Part shown: in pieces, positions 20,131-30,566 of the stretch
How positions within the stretch are numbered: position 1 is the first letter of the stretch
Layout: the number at the start of each line of letters is the position of its first letter
Source of the DNA: Elusimicrobiota bacterium
Lineage (GTDB): Bacteria; Elusimicrobiota; Elusimicrobia; Elusimicrobiales; UBA9959
Direction: 5' to 3'
Length of the DNA stretch: 64,000 nt
NCBI GenBank assembly: GCA_036574205.1
Contig: JAINCQ010000018.1
Location: 32,001 to 96,000, forward strand
Notes under the pieces: model-generated
The model's input: only the letters and a program-made list of their open reading frames with translations
Database searches by the model: none
What the model was told of the DNA's origin: nothing
Translations under genes and position numbers: made by a program

Positions 20131-21078
20131 TTATATCAAATTTGAAAATGTCTTTTTTAACCCTTCATATATGGTAGTCCATTGGTTAAATCCGGTTTTT
20201 TCTTCCCATTTTTTAGGATTTGCTATCCAGTGGTATGCCCTTGATTCCCTTACTTTATCGCGATTTAAAACCGGTTTTATCTTAAAAAAGTAAGAAATTA
20301 TTTCATAGGAAACAGCTGTCAGCTTCAAGAGAGTATGAGGCATTTTTATAATTTTAGGTTTTTTTACTTTCATACTTTCAGCCATAAGCTCTACAAATTC
20401 TTCCCAGCTATAATTTTGTGCCTCACAGACATAAAACTTGTCGTTTTTTATGGAGTTATCTTCAACTGCTTTTATTATACATTTACATAAGTCATTTACA
20501 AAAATAAAGCTAAATCTTGAATCTTTATTTGAGGGTGATATCATTATTCCCTTTTTAACCCATTCTGCTATTGTGGAAAAACCGTCGTCTTTTGGTCCAT
20601 AGACTATTGGTGGTCTGAGTATAACATATGGGCATTTTAATTTTTCAATTTCTTTTTCAGCTAAAAGTTTACTAAGTCCATAATTTGATACCGGAATGTC
20701 TTGCATCTCTTCATTTTTTGGATTTTTCAAGTCTTTGGATGGACCTCCTGCTGCAAGAGATGAAAGATAAATTAATTTTTTTATGCCACTCGTATTTGAT
20801 GCTTCAACAATATTTCTTGAACTTATTACGTTTTCTTTTATAAACTCAGATTTGTTCCTTGCAAAAAGAGTTGCAGCAAGGTGTATAACTATATCCGATC
20901 CATCAATTGCTTTTCTCACAGAATTTACATCATGGTAGTCTGTGGATATAAATTCAATTCCATCTTCAGTGTTATTTTTTCCTCTTGTAAGCACTTTTAT
21001 CCTGTATTCTTTTGATATAAACTTTATAAGGTTTGATCCTATAAACCCTCTACCGCCAGTTATAACTATGGTTTTCAT
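20131..21078 (-). CDS. NAD-dependent epimerase/dehydratase (extended SDR)
   Basis: TGGRGFIG, YGLSK, RPPIVYGP. Confidence 0.9.
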   Translation of the reverse strand: MKTIVITGGRGFIGSNLIKFISKEYRIKVLTRGKNNTEDGIEFISTDYHDVNSVRKAIDGSDIVIHLAATLFARNKSEFIKENVISSRNIVEASNTSGIKKLIYLSSLAAGGPSKDLKNPKNEEMQDIPVSNYGLSKLLAEKEIEKLKCPYVILRPPIVYGPKDDGFSTIAEWVKKGIMISPSNKDSRFSFIFVNDLCKCIIKAVEDNSIKNDKFYVCEAQNYSWEEFVELMAESMKVKKPKIIKMPHTLLKLTAVSYEIISYFFKIKPVLNRDKVRESRAYHWIANPKKWEEKTGFNQWTTIYEGLKKTFSNLI

Positions 21079-21081
21079 ATT

Positions 21082-21498
21082 TTAATCCTTTATTTTATCA
21101 AAAAATTTTTTTGTTTCTTTTTGTAAATTGTTGGTATTTATTTTGATATCCGTTGTGAATAAACCTTTAAGATATTTTATCTTTCCCCTGTTTATTGTTT
21201 CAGGATCCGGAAATTTTCCGCTTAAAATCTTACTTAATATAGTTTTACCATCTTCCTGGGGAAGTATTATTGATGTTATAAATATCATAAAAATGAAAAA
21301 TAAAATATTTAAAAAAAGAGAAAATGGAAATAACGAAAATATTTTTAAATTAAGGGTAAAATATATGTATAAAAATGACCATAAGGCAATAGAACCATAA
21401 AACATATATTCCTCATATTTCCCTGTATCAGGATATAACACAAATATGGTTATTATAATCAATATTATAAAAATTAATCCTGTTATAATTTTTATCAT
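21082..21498 (-). CDS. Hypothetical membrane protein, paralogue of 21495-21863
   Basis: About 3 TM helices; LYPDT and PQEDGK...KI....FPD.....RG motifs. Confidence 0.7.
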   Translation of the reverse strand: MIKIITGLIFIILIIITIFVLYPDTGKYEEYMFYGSIALWSFLYIYFTLNLKIFSLFPFSLFLNILFFIFMIFITSIILPQEDGKTILSKILSGKFPDPETINRGKIKYLKGLFTTDIKINTNNLQKETKKFFDKIKD

Positions 21499-21863
21499 TT
21501 AATCTCCTTTTTAGTGTTGCCAATAATCCAGTTAGATGGAAGCCCAAGTTGTTTAAAACCGCGGTAAAGCGAAAATCTATCTGGATATTGTTCGTCCGCT
21601 ATTTTCCCAATAACCGATTTGCCATCTTTTTGGGGATAACATAACATGATTGAAAGAAGCATAATCAGGTAAATAGTTGTTAGTAAAAAAGATTTTACTG
21701 TAGTGTTAAAACGCAAAATAGAAAAACTAAAAAGCGAAGAAAAACCAAACCATAAAAGAGCAGATATAGATAGATATATAACCCCAAGGAAAGTTGTGTC
21801 TGGATATAGAATAAGGGCTATAAAATGAGTCAGAAAAATAATTATTATAAGAATTAACATCAT
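21495..21863 (-). CDS. Hypothetical membrane protein, paralogue of 21082-21498
   Basis: About 3 TM helices; LYPDT and PQKDGK...KI....YPD.....RG motifs. Confidence 0.7.
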   Translation of the reverse strand: MMLILIIIIFLTHFIALILYPDTTFLGVIYLSISALLWFGFSSLFSFSILRFNTTVKSFLLTTIYLIMLLSIMLCYPQKDGKSVIGKIADEQYPDRFSLYRGFKQLGLPSNWIIGNTKKEIK

Positions 21864-21866
21864 AAT

Positions 21867-22553
21867 TTAATCAAAAGTTTTAAACTCAACATATACAGTC
21901 AGGTAATTTTCGTAAAAATCTTCAGGAAGCGGGTCAAATTTTTTTATCTCTGATATAGCCATTACAACTGACTGGTCAAAAAGTCTGTTGCCTGAGCTTT
22001 TATCTATGCTTATTGCTACTATATTGCCACTTGAAGTTATTTTAAATTTTACAACTGCTTTAAGATTTTTAGAGTTTACTTCCTGTAACTGCCAGCTATC
22101 CCATATTCTCGCTCTTAGTTTTGTTATGTACCAGGAATATGGAAAATTAGAATCAGTTCTTATCCCTTGCTGCTTAAAATCATTTGATTTAGTTACATTA
22201 TCAGACAGATTTTTTGAGTTTGATTTTAATATTTGAGATTCTTCATCTGCCATAGAAGGTTTTATACCTTTAACATTTGTGTATAAATAATCAGAGTCTT
22301 CTATTTGTTGGTCCTTTTCTGTTTTAGATTTAATTTCATCATTTTTTATTTCTGGTTTAATAGGATTTTGAGTTTCTGTATTATTGGTTTTCTGTTCAGA
22401 GTAGTAATTTTGCGTTGTTATAATTTCGCTTTTTCCAATAAAATCTATGTAATATTGCTTTTTTCCGGACTTGAGATTTGGAAAACTGATAAGCGTCAAA
22501 AATAGAAGAATTGTGGCGTGAATAATTCCTGAATATATAAGATAAACATTCAT
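21867..22553 (-). CDS. TonB/TolA-type energy transducer
   Basis: TM with S...H motif (SGIIH), linker, C-terminal KSSGN.LFDQSV..AI....FDPLP; follows exbBD/tolQR. Confidence 0.85.
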   Translation of the reverse strand: MNVYLIYSGIIHATILLFLTLISFPNLKSGKKQYYIDFIGKSEIITTQNYYSEQKTNNTETQNPIKPEIKNDEIKSKTEKDQQIEDSDYLYTNVKGIKPSMADEESQILKSNSKNLSDNVTKSNDFKQQGIRTDSNFPYSWYITKLRARIWDSWQLQEVNSKNLKAVVKFKITSSGNIVAISIDKSSGNRLFDQSVVMAISEIKKFDPLPEDFYENYLTVYVEFKTFD

Positions 22554-22960
22554 TTCTCTACTATCACTGAAATACCAACCTTTCCTGCTCCTAATTTTTT
22601 TGCTGTATCAAGAACAGTTATTACTTCCTGTATTGGTGTTGTCTTTTCAGATTCCACAAGAACAGTTTTTTCATATGACTTTGATAAATTTAACGCCAGC
22701 TCTTTTTGAAAATTATTTGTCTTTTTAGAGTTGACATATATCTGCCCATTTTTTGTTATCGTAACCTTTATTATCTTGTCAGTATTTGATGAAATTGTAT
22801 CAGGCGCGTTAGATGTTTTGGGAAGATTAACCTTTATATGGGACTGCACAAAAAAAGGGGTTGTTATCATAAATATTATTAAAATTATAAGCATAACATC
22901 TATTAGAGGTATCATATTAATTTCTGATATAATGCCCTTTGATGTGTTATGTATTTTCAT
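22550..22960 (-). CDS. ExbD/TolR family protein
   Basis: EINMIPLIDVMLIILIIFMITTP, VNLP. Confidence 0.93.
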   Translation of the reverse strand: MKIHNTSKGIISEINMIPLIDVMLIILIIFMITTPFFVQSHIKVNLPKTSNAPDTISSNTDKIIKVTITKNGQIYVNSKKTNNFQKELALNLSKSYEKTVLVESEKTTPIQEVITVLDTAKKLGAGKVGISVIVEK

Positions 22961-23579
22961 TTTTATAATACCTTTCTATTAATTGCTCTATAAGCCAGTT
23001 TATCTCAGCGTTAAATCTATTTATCCTTGATATAAAATAGTTATATGCTACTACTGCGGGGATTGCCACAAAAAGCCCCATAGCGGTATTTACAAGTGCT
23101 TCAGATATGCCCTGAGCTATTACTGAGGGACCTGCGCTTTGAAATGCAGCCATATCTTTAAACGCTCTTATAACCCCGATAACTGTTCCAAAAAGACCTA
23201 TAAAAGGGGCGGTTGAGCCAATTGTTGCAAGAGCATTTAGTTTTTTAGTGAATATAGAGTTATAATATTCTATCATTGATGAAACATATTCTCTTTTTTC
23301 CCTTATTGTTCCTGTATGTGACAAAACTCCTGTTATTATCTCACTTACTATGTTTTTTTGAGTTATTATGGATTTTATCGCTTCTGTAGTTTTTGAGGTT
23401 TTTAACAAGGTTGAAATTTTGGAAGCAATAATTGAATTTTTTTTAATAGTTTTCTTAAACTCCTTATATTTTTCTATTATTATAGCCAGAGAATATATTG
23501 ATAACATAATCAAAAATATAAATATTGGTCCACCGGCTTTTATTATCTCTTTTAAAGAAAATTCCATAATTTCTCCCAT
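22947..23579 (-). CDS. MotA/TolQ/ExbB proton channel protein
   Basis: LATIGSTAPFIGLFGTV.G, GISEALV.TA.GLFVAIPA. Confidence 0.94.
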   Translation of the reverse strand: MGEIMEFSLKEIIKAGGPIFIFLIMLSIYSLAIIIEKYKEFKKTIKKNSIIASKISTLLKTSKTTEAIKSIITQKNIVSEIITGVLSHTGTIREKREYVSSMIEYYNSIFTKKLNALATIGSTAPFIGLFGTVIGVIRAFKDMAAFQSAGPSVIAQGISEALVNTAMGLFVAIPAVVAYNYFISRINRFNAEINWLIEQLIERYYKNENT

Positions 23580-23649
23580 TTCAAAAATCTGAAAATCTTT
23601 GTTCTTTATATTTTACAAAAAAATATGATAATCAATAAAAAGTATTATT

Positions 23650-24735
23650 TTATTTTGAATTTCTTTGCTTTAAAAACTTTTTTATTTTTTTAAAATCTGG
23701 ATTTCTTATTATGCCTTTTTCAGTTATTATAGCTGATATGAACTTACCTGGAACAACATCAAAAGCTGGATGAACTGCGCTTACTTTGGGGTGTGCTATA
23801 TAATTTCCTTTTATTTTTATTACCTCTTCCTTCCCCCTTTCTTCTATTTTAATGTCATCACCATTTTTAATGGTTAAATCAAAAGTATCCGTTGGAGCGG
23901 CGACAAAAAACGGGATTTTATGTTCTTTTGCAAGTATAGCAAGAGAATAACTTCCTATTTTGTTTGCTGTATCTCCATTTGCAGCTATCCTATCAGCTCC
24001 AATTATAATAGCATCTGGTTTTTTTGTTTTCATTATCCAACCAGCCATATTGTCACATATCAGAGCAAAGGGAATTTTATTGACAAGCAACTCCCAGGCA
24101 GTAAGTCGTGCCCCTTGAAGATAAGGTCGTGTTTCACAAGGAAAAACAAATTTAACAAATCCATTTTTATATCCTTCAGTTATTATACCAAGCGCCGTTC
24201 CTATCCCAGCAGTGGCAAGCGATCCTGTGTTACAGTAAGTTATAATAATTGAATTTTTTTTAAGAATATTAATTCCATTTTCAGCTATTTTAATTGTGGA
24301 TTCTATATCTTCATTTAATATCTTGAATGCCTCTTTTTCAACAACCTCTCTTAAAGAAAATAATTCATTTTTAGAAATAACCTTACCAGTTTTTTCAAGA
24401 AATTTCATTGCGGCAAAATGTGTTCTTTCCACTGCTTTAAAAAGTGAAACGGCTGTTGGCCTTGAGGTTTTTATAATTTCAAAATTTCTTTTAAGATTCT
24501 TTTTGATATATTCTTTGTTGTAAATCTTTGATTTTATTATACAATCTAATCCAAGAAGATATCCAAATGCCGCAGCGTCTCCTATTAATGGCGCTCCCCT
24601 TACCATCATTTCTTTTATAGCGCGATGTACATCCCTTACATTTTTTGCTTCAAAATATTTTATTTTATAAGGTATCTCTCGCTGATCAAGTATTGATAAA
24701 GTCCCTTTTTTATATTTTATTCTTTCAGGTATCAT
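23650..24735 (-). CDS. mtnA: S-methyl-5-thioribose-1-phosphate isomerase
   Basis: LDQR, MVRGAPLIG, CNTGSLAT, ETRPYLQGARLT, GADRIAANGDTANKIG. Confidence 0.95.
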   Translation of the reverse strand: MIPERIKYKKGTLSILDQREIPYKIKYFEAKNVRDVHRAIKEMMVRGAPLIGDAAAFGYLLGLDCIIKSKIYNKEYIKKNLKRNFEIIKTSRPTAVSLFKAVERTHFAAMKFLEKTGKVISKNELFSLREVVEKEAFKILNEDIESTIKIAENGINILKKNSIIITYCNTGSLATAGIGTALGIITEGYKNGFVKFVFPCETRPYLQGARLTAWELLVNKIPFALICDNMAGWIMKTKKPDAIIIGADRIAANGDTANKIGSYSLAILAKEHKIPFFVAAPTDTFDLTIKNGDDIKIEERGKEEVIKIKGNYIAHPKVSAVHPAFDVVPGKFISAIITEKGIIRNPDFKKIKKFLKQRNSK

Positions 24736-24998
24736 TATGGAATTGTGTCCAGTATGTCTTCCAGCTCAGATTCATTTTTCCCTGTTATCTCTATTGTTTT
24801 TTCCTTACCTCTTAATCCCCTTATTATATTGACATTTTTTTCTCTTACTTCAAAAAATTGTGCAAGATATTTTTTCAATATAGTATTGATTTCTCCATCT
24901 TCTTTTGAAGCGCATATTCTGACTCTCAAGACTTTGCCTATTCTGGATATTACTTCATTGTCTTCACAGTTAGGTATTACTTTTACTTTAACTACCAT
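24735..24998 (-). CDS. DUF167/YggU family protein
   Basis: VKVIPN, DGEIN..L..YLA, I.RG..G.EK; adjacent to yggS. Confidence 0.82.
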   Translation of the reverse strand: MVVKVKVIPNCEDNEVISRIGKVLRVRICASKEDGEINTILKKYLAQFFEVREKNVNIIRGLRGKEKTIEITGKNESELEDILDTIP

Positions 24999-25703
24999 TT
25001 ATACCCCCTTGTTGTCAAAAAAATAATTTCCTATTCTTATTAAATTAGATCCCTCTTCTATGGCTATTCTCCAGTCCCCGGACATTCCCATAGAAAGGTA
25101 ATTTTTTTCACCGTTTGAGTTGAACTCATTTTTAAAATAGTTTTTGTATATATCTGCCGCTTTTTTAAAAGACGCCCTGATTTCTTCTTCCTTATCGCTC
25201 ATCGCTCCTATAGCCATTATTCCACGGATTGATATATTTTTCATTCTAGATATATTTTCAAAAATAAAATCAAAATCTTCCGGTTTTATTCCATATTGTG
25301 TTTCTTTATCGCTGATTTTTATTTGGATCATTACCGGCATTATTTTGCCTATTTGAGCTGATTTTTTATCTATTTCTTCTGCCAGCTCTATAGAATCTAC
25401 AGAATCTATAGAATCAAAAAGCAAAACTGCGCGTTTTACTTTATTTTTTTGAAGGTGACCTATAAAATGTATATCAAGATTTTTTCTTATATCTAAAAAA
25501 TCTCTTCTTTCCCATCTTTTTTCTGCATCCTGGACTCTATTTTCACCTATAATTTTTATTCTACCATCTTTTATTAAAGAAAGTATTTGGGTGTCATTAG
25601 CATATTTAACTACAGCCATTATGTCTACTTTTTGTGAAAGTATATTTTTTAACTCGGTTATTCTGTCTGAAATTCTTGTATTATCGGAATTTACAAAATG
25701 CAT
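24999..25703 (-). CDS. yggS: YggS family PLP homeostasis protein
   Basis: GENRVQD, HFIGHLQKNKVK, LSMGMSGD, AIEEGS..IRIG. Confidence 0.93.
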   Translation of the reverse strand: MHFVNSDNTRISDRITELKNILSQKVDIMAVVKYANDTQILSLIKDGRIKIIGENRVQDAEKRWERRDFLDIRKNLDIHFIGHLQKNKVKRAVLLFDSIDSVDSIELAEEIDKKSAQIGKIMPVMIQIKISDKETQYGIKPEDFDFIFENISRMKNISIRGIMAIGAMSDKEEEIRASFKKAADIYKNYFKNEFNSNGEKNYLSMGMSGDWRIAIEEGSNLIRIGNYFFDNKGV

Positions 25704-25786
25704 TATAATTATATTTTAGCAAATTTTGTTCCCTTTTTTCCTGAGAAAAATCAAGTCACTTATAATTATTTTATATAATTTTTATT

Positions 25787-27040
25787 ATGAAATATTCTTT
25801 TAAATTCTGGACAATAGTCATAGTAGAAGGATTGATGGTTGGGAAATATGCCATATCTTTTCCTTTTCTGGCGCTTTATATGACGCAAAAAAAAGGTTTT
25901 GATATGAGTGTTATGGGGGGTTATTTTTCCATAGTTATGCTTATATCCTCTTTATCCAGTACCTTTGGAGGATCACTTTCCGACTATATTGGGAGAAGGA
26001 ATGTTATGTTTTTTTCACTTCTGACAAGGGCGGTTTTTATATTTTTAATAAGTTTTTCGATTTATCTAAATCTTAATCCTTTATGGATACTTATATTCAA
26101 TTTTCTTGCCTCTGTTGGAGGTCTTGGTTTTCATTCCGTGGCTCTGGCTTATATTTCAGATGTTGTATCTGAAAGTGAGAGAGTAAAATCATACAGTATT
26201 TTAAGAGTTTCTACAAATGCTGGTTGGGCTATTGGTCCAGCTGTTGGTGGATTTATTGCAAATACTTCTTATCCACTTGCTTTTTTAGTTTCTGCAATTG
26301 TTTTTTTTGTAGCGGCTTTTTTTGTTTTTTTCTTTGCAAAAGATGTTGCATTAAAAAGATCAGACTCAGCTTTGACGCTTATTAAGGATGGATTTGGGTT
26401 TAAACCAATTTTTGGAAAACGGATTAGCAGGGAATTTAAAATAATACTTTTTTACAGTTTCCTTATGACAGGAGTGATGTCTCAGCTTGTTGTCCCTTTA
26501 TCACTTTATTCTAAAAAATATCTTGGATTTTCAGAGAAGGATATAGGTTTTTTGTTTACTTTAAATGGCTCGATAGTTATTTTAATTCAGTATTTTATTG
26601 GAAAAATGATAAAAGAAGAGAAAATTATAAAAGCGCTTTCTTTGTCTTGCCTTTTTTACGCCGCGGGATATCTTTTATTTGGATATTCTCGTCTTTATAT
26701 TATGGCTATGTTTTCAATATTTATTATGACTATAGGAGAGGTTATATTTTCCCCCTCCCTTTCTACTCTTGTTTCAAGAGTTTCTCCTGAAAATAAAAGA
26801 GGAAATTATATTGGGATTCACTCAATGATTTCAGATTTTGGAAGGGCATTTGGGGTTTTTGCTGGAACATTTCTTATAGATAATTTTTCTTATTATATAA
26901 GAGAAATTTCATGGTGGTTTGTGGCAGTGGTATCAATTATTTCATCTTATGGATTTTCAACTCTAAAAAAATATGGAAAAAAATCTAATGAATCATTGGA
27001 CAAATCCATAAAACTTTCTTATCCTTCATCGCCAGTATGA
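25787..27040 (+). CDS. MFS transporter (12 TM)
   Basis: GGSLSDYIGRR motif A, NAGWAIGPAVGG, hydrophobic pattern. Confidence 0.9.
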   Translation: MKYSFKFWTIVIVEGLMVGKYAISFPFLALYMTQKKGFDMSVMGGYFSIVMLISSLSSTFGGSLSDYIGRRNVMFFSLLTRAVFIFLISFSIYLNLNPLWILIFNFLASVGGLGFHSVALAYISDVVSESERVKSYSILRVSTNAGWAIGPAVGGFIANTSYPLAFLVSAIVFFVAAFFVFFFAKDVALKRSDSALTLIKDGFGFKPIFGKRISREFKIILFYSFLMTGVMSQLVVPLSLYSKKYLGFSEKDIGFLFTLNGSIVILIQYFIGKMIKEEKIIKALSLSCLFYAAGYLLFGYSRLYIMAMFSIFIMTIGEVIFSPSLSTLVSRVSPENKRGNYIGIHSMISDFGRAFGVFAGTFLIDNFSYYIREISWWFVAVVSIISSYGFSTLKKYGKKSNESLDKSIKLSYPSSPV

Positions 27041-27057
27041 TTTTTGTTCTAAAAATA

Positions 27058-27086
27058 AGAAGTCCCCTTTTGAAAAGGGGACTTCT
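27058..27086. terminator. Bidirectional intrinsic terminator between the MFS gene and groEL
   Basis: Perfect inverted repeat AGAAGTCCCCTTT-TGA-AAAGGGGACTTCT between convergent genes. Confidence 0.8.
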
Positions 27087-27116
27087 TTCATTTTTTTACC
27101 GTTTTAACTTTTTGCG

Positions 27117-28736
27117 TCAATACATATCGGCCCCGGCTGGCATTGCTGGAGTCTTTTCCTTTTTCTCAGGTAACTCCGCCACAAACGCGCCGCTTGTAAG
27201 AAGCGTTGAAGCTATTGAAGCTGCATTTTCAAGGGCGGTTCTTGTTACCTTGCAAGGATCGACTATTCCGTGTTTTATCACATCAACATATTCTAATTTT
27301 TCCGCATCAAAGCCTATCTCGTGGGATGAATTTTTTATTTTCTCAACCACTATAGATGGATCGACGCCAGAATTTTCAGCAATGGTTTTTAGAGGAGCAT
27401 ATACCGCTTTCCTTACTATATTTATTCCTATTTTTTCATCCTCGTCTTCAGTTTTTATGGAGTCAAGAACTTTTACTGCTCTTACCAGAGCAACTCCGCC
27501 TCCAGGAAGAATTCCTTCCTGAACCCCGGCTTTTGTTGCATTTTTGGCATCTTCTACTTTTGATTTTTTTGCCTTCATTTCAGTTTCAGTTGCTGCTCCA
27601 ACTCTTATTACGGCAACTCCTCCTGAAAGTTTGGCAAGCCTTTCTTCTAATTTTTCTTTGTCGTAATCGGATGTAGTTTCCTCTATTTGTTTTCTTATCT
27701 GATTGGTTCTGTCTTTTATTTTCTTTTTATCTCCTTCTCCATCAACTATTGTTGTATTTTCTTTGTCGATTACGATTCTTTTTGCTTTTCCAAGCTGATC
27801 TAAGGTTGTTTTTTCAAGTTTCATTCCTCTTTCTTCGCTTATTACCTCTCCACCGGTAAGTATTGCTATATCCTCAAGCATTTCTTTTCTTCTGTCTCCA
27901 AAGCCAGGGGCTTTTACAGCGCAACCTTTAAGGGTTCCTCTCAGTTTATTGACGACTAAAGTGGCAAGCGCTTCTCCTTCAACATCCTCAGCAATAATAA
28001 GGAATGGTCTTCCAGTCTGAACTATTTTTTCAAGCACTGGCAGAAGATCGTTCATCGCTGAAAGTTTTTTATCGGTTATGAGTATCATTGCATCTTCAAG
28101 AACGCATTCCATTCTCTCGGGATCGGTTATGAAGTAAGGAGATATATATCCCCTGTCAAACTGCATTCCCTCTACAACATCAAGCTCAGTTTCAGATGAT
28201 TTGCCTTCTTCAACAGTTATCACCCCTTCATGTCCGACCTTCTCCATAGCTTCTGCTATAAGATCTCCTATAACTCTATCATTTGCGGATATAGTTGCTA
28301 TCTGCGCTTTTTCTTCCCTGGTTTTGACTGGTTTTGCCATCTTTTTTAGTTCAGATACAATTGCGTTTACTGCTTTTTCTATACCTTTTTTTACATAAAC
28401 TGGATTTGCTCCGGCTGTGATATTTTTTATTCCTTCATTAAATATTGCCTGAGTAAGTATAGTAGCGGTGGTTGTTCCATCCCCAGCCACATCATTGGTT
28501 TTGGAAGCTGCTTCTCTAACAAGCTGCGCTCCCATATCCTCAAAATGATCTTCAAGCTCTATCTCTTTTGCTATCGTTACACCGTCGTCTATTATTGACG
28601 GAGAACCGAATTTTTTAGAAAGAACGACAGCTCTTCCCTTTGGTCCAAGGGTTACTTTTACTGTGTTAGAGAGCTTATCTACCCCCTGTTTTATTTTCAA
28701 TATTCCAGCTTCTGTGAATAGAATTTCTTTAGCCAT
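27117..28736 (-). CDS. groEL: Chaperonin GroEL
   Basis: [43 protein letters not shown]. Confidence 0.99.
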   Translation of the reverse strand: MAKEILFTEAGILKIKQGVDKLSNTVKVTLGPKGRAVVLSKKFGSPSIIDDGVTIAKEIELEDHFEDMGAQLVREAASKTNDVAGDGTTTATILTQAIFNEGIKNITAGANPVYVKKGIEKAVNAIVSELKKMAKPVKTREEKAQIATISANDRVIGDLIAEAMEKVGHEGVITVEEGKSSETELDVVEGMQFDRGYISPYFITDPERMECVLEDAMILITDKKLSAMNDLLPVLEKIVQTGRPFLIIAEDVEGEALATLVVNKLRGTLKGCAVKAPGFGDRRKEMLEDIAILTGGEVISEERGMKLEKTTLDQLGKAKRIVIDKENTTIVDGEGDKKKIKDRTNQIRKQIEETTSDYDKEKLEERLAKLSGGVAVIRVGAATETEMKAKKSKVEDAKNATKAGVQEGILPGGGVALVRAVKVLDSIKTEDEDEKIGINIVRKAVYAPLKTIAENSGVDPSIVVEKIKNSSHEIGFDAEKLEYVDVIKHGIVDPCKVTRTALENAASIASTLLTSGAFVAELPEKKEKTPAMPAGADMY

Positions 28737-28745
28737 ATTTCCTCC

Positions 28746-29057
28746 TTATTCGTTAACTATTGCGAGAACATCCTCTTCTCTCATTATAAGATATTCCTCG
28801 TCATTAATTTTTATTTCGGTACCTGAGTATTTACCGTAAAGAACTTTATTCCCAACTTTGACTTCCATGGGAACAAGTTTTCCATCATCTGTAACTTTTC
28901 CTTTTCCTACCGCCATAACCTCTCCTTCCTGCGGTTTTTCCTTAGCGGTGTCCGGTATTATTATACCGCCCTTTTTAACCTCTTTTGGCTCAAGAGGTTT
29001 TATTATTATTCTATCCGCAAGAGGAGTTATATTTAGTTTTGTTTTTGTGTCTCCCAT
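28746..29057 (-). CDS. groES: Co-chaperonin GroES
   Basis: [32 protein letters not shown] supports ATG at 29057. Confidence 0.98.
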   Translation of the reverse strand: MGDTKTKLNITPLADRIIIKPLEPKEVKKGGIIIPDTAKEKPQEGEVMAVGKGKVTDDGKLVPMEVKVGNKVLYGKYSGTEIKINDEEYLIMREEDVLAIVNE

Positions 29058-29074
29058 ACTTGCCTCCTTTATTT

Positions 29075-29154
29075 TTAGCAATTTTTATCTATAATTGCTA
29101 ATTTACAAAATTTTTAAACCCTTGTCAATAGCAAACTTAAATGTAGACTGCTAA
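29075..29154 (-). promoter_or_regulatory. Two CIRCE-like operators flanking the groESL sigma70 promoter
   Basis: TTAGCAATT-N9-AATTGCTAA (29075-29101) and TTAGCAGTC-N9-GTTTGCTAT (29154-29128); TTGACA(29128-29123)-17 nt-TAAATT between them. Confidence 0.85.
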
Positions 29155-29160
29155 TTTTAA

Positions 29161-29769
29161 TTATGATTTTATTTTGAACACAAATTTTGTTATGCCGACT
29201 TCTATTTCATCGTTGTTTTTTAATTCCACAGGTTTTGTTATTGGAGAAGCATTTAAAATAACGTTTTCTGGATTTATAGGAATAAGAAAATATTTGTTTT
29301 CCCTTATAGATATAGCTGCCGCATAATCTGATATTGTAGAAAATTGATTTTTAGATTTTGCAGGTATGTGTGATCTTTGAGGATTGCCTATAAAAGTAGT
29401 AATTCTGTTAAGTTCAAATTTAGTCCTTTCATCATAAGGATTTAAAACTGCATTTATCTCAGCTTTTTTTATATTTATATCCAGAAATTTAACGTTTATA
29501 ATATATCCGCAGACTTTTATTTCGCATTTTTTTTCAACCGATATCTTTTTTATTTTTTTGTCCATAACAAAAGTCCCATTGGTTGAGTTCATATCCTCTA
29601 TTTCAAAGTTATGGGAGTTTCCTATTATTTTAAAATGTTTTGAAGAAACCGTATTATCGTTTATTATTATATCATTTGAATTGTCTCTTCCGACAAAAAT
29701 TTCATTTTTTGAAATCAAATATTCGGCTATTATATTTGAAGAATCTTTGAGTGATATATAAAAACTCAT
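29161..29769 (-). CDS. FHA domain protein (one canonical and probably one degenerate FHA)
   Basis: VGR...NDI.I.D.TVS.KH, ED.NSTNGTFV; second FHA-like half ending L.NND.IEVG..KF.F. Confidence 0.88.
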   Translation of the reverse strand: MSFYISLKDSSNIIAEYLISKNEIFVGRDNSNDIIINDNTVSSKHFKIIGNSHNFEIEDMNSTNGTFVMDKKIKKISVEKKCEIKVCGYIINVKFLDINIKKAEINAVLNPYDERTKFELNRITTFIGNPQRSHIPAKSKNQFSTISDYAAAISIRENKYFLIPINPENVILNASPITKPVELKNNDEIEVGITKFVFKIKS

Positions 29770-30566
29770 TTGACTATCTTTTTTATTTTATCTATGAAAT
29801 TTTCTTTTGCGACCTTTGCTATAACGACCGTTATATTATCTTCTCCGCCGTGTTTGTTTGCTGTTGTAATGAGGTTTGAGCAGATTATTGAGATATTATC
29901 TTGTGTTTTTTCTATTATTTCTGCAAATTCTTTGTCTTTAATCATTTTTGTTAAGCCATCGCTTGCAAGAATTATTATATCTCCTTCTCTAAATTTTTCT
30001 TCCAGTATAAAATAATCAGTAATATTATGTATTCCGAGAGCTTTCATTAGTACATTTCTAAAAGGTGAATTTTCCATTTCTTCTTTTGTTATAATACCTT
30101 TTTTATATTGATCCATAACATAAGAATGATCTTCCGTTAGCTGTATTATCTGTTGTTTGCGATAGAGATATGCCCTTGAATCCCCTATATGAACAATTGA
30201 TATTTTTGAATCATTAAAAACAGCAGCGGTCAATGTTGTTCCCATCCCCTTACATTCTTCATTTTGTTGTGATTGTTTAAATATTTCTATGTTGGCAAAA
30301 TCAAAAGCAGCTAATAATTGATTTGTTACAATTGAGTAATCATTGTTTATTATCTCTGGTTTTTTTGAAGCAAGAAATAATTCTTTAAATTTTTTATGTG
30401 ATAATTCTACTGCTAGCTTGCTTGCCATTTCTCCATTATTATGTCCCCCCATTCCATCAGCCACGGCAAAAAAATTTATTTCGGGATCAATGATATAATT
30501 ATCTTCGTTATGTTCTCTGACTTTTCCGCGATCAGTTTTACCACAAAAATCTATTTTATATTTCAT
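29766..30566 (-). CDS. PP2C-type Ser/Thr phosphatase (Stp1/PrpC family)
   Basis: GKVREHNED, VADGMGGH, GMGTT, HIGDSRAY, SDGL, GGEDNITV. Confidence 0.95.
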   Translation of the reverse strand: MKYKIDFCGKTDRGKVREHNEDNYIIDPEINFFAVADGMGGHNNGEMASKLAVELSHKKFKELFLASKKPEIINNDYSIVTNQLLAAFDFANIEIFKQSQQNEECKGMGTTLTAAVFNDSKISIVHIGDSRAYLYRKQQIIQLTEDHSYVMDQYKKGIITKEEMENSPFRNVLMKALGIHNITDYFILEEKFREGDIIILASDGLTKMIKDKEFAEIIEKTQDNISIICSNLITTANKHGGEDNITVVIAKVAKENFIDKIKKIVK

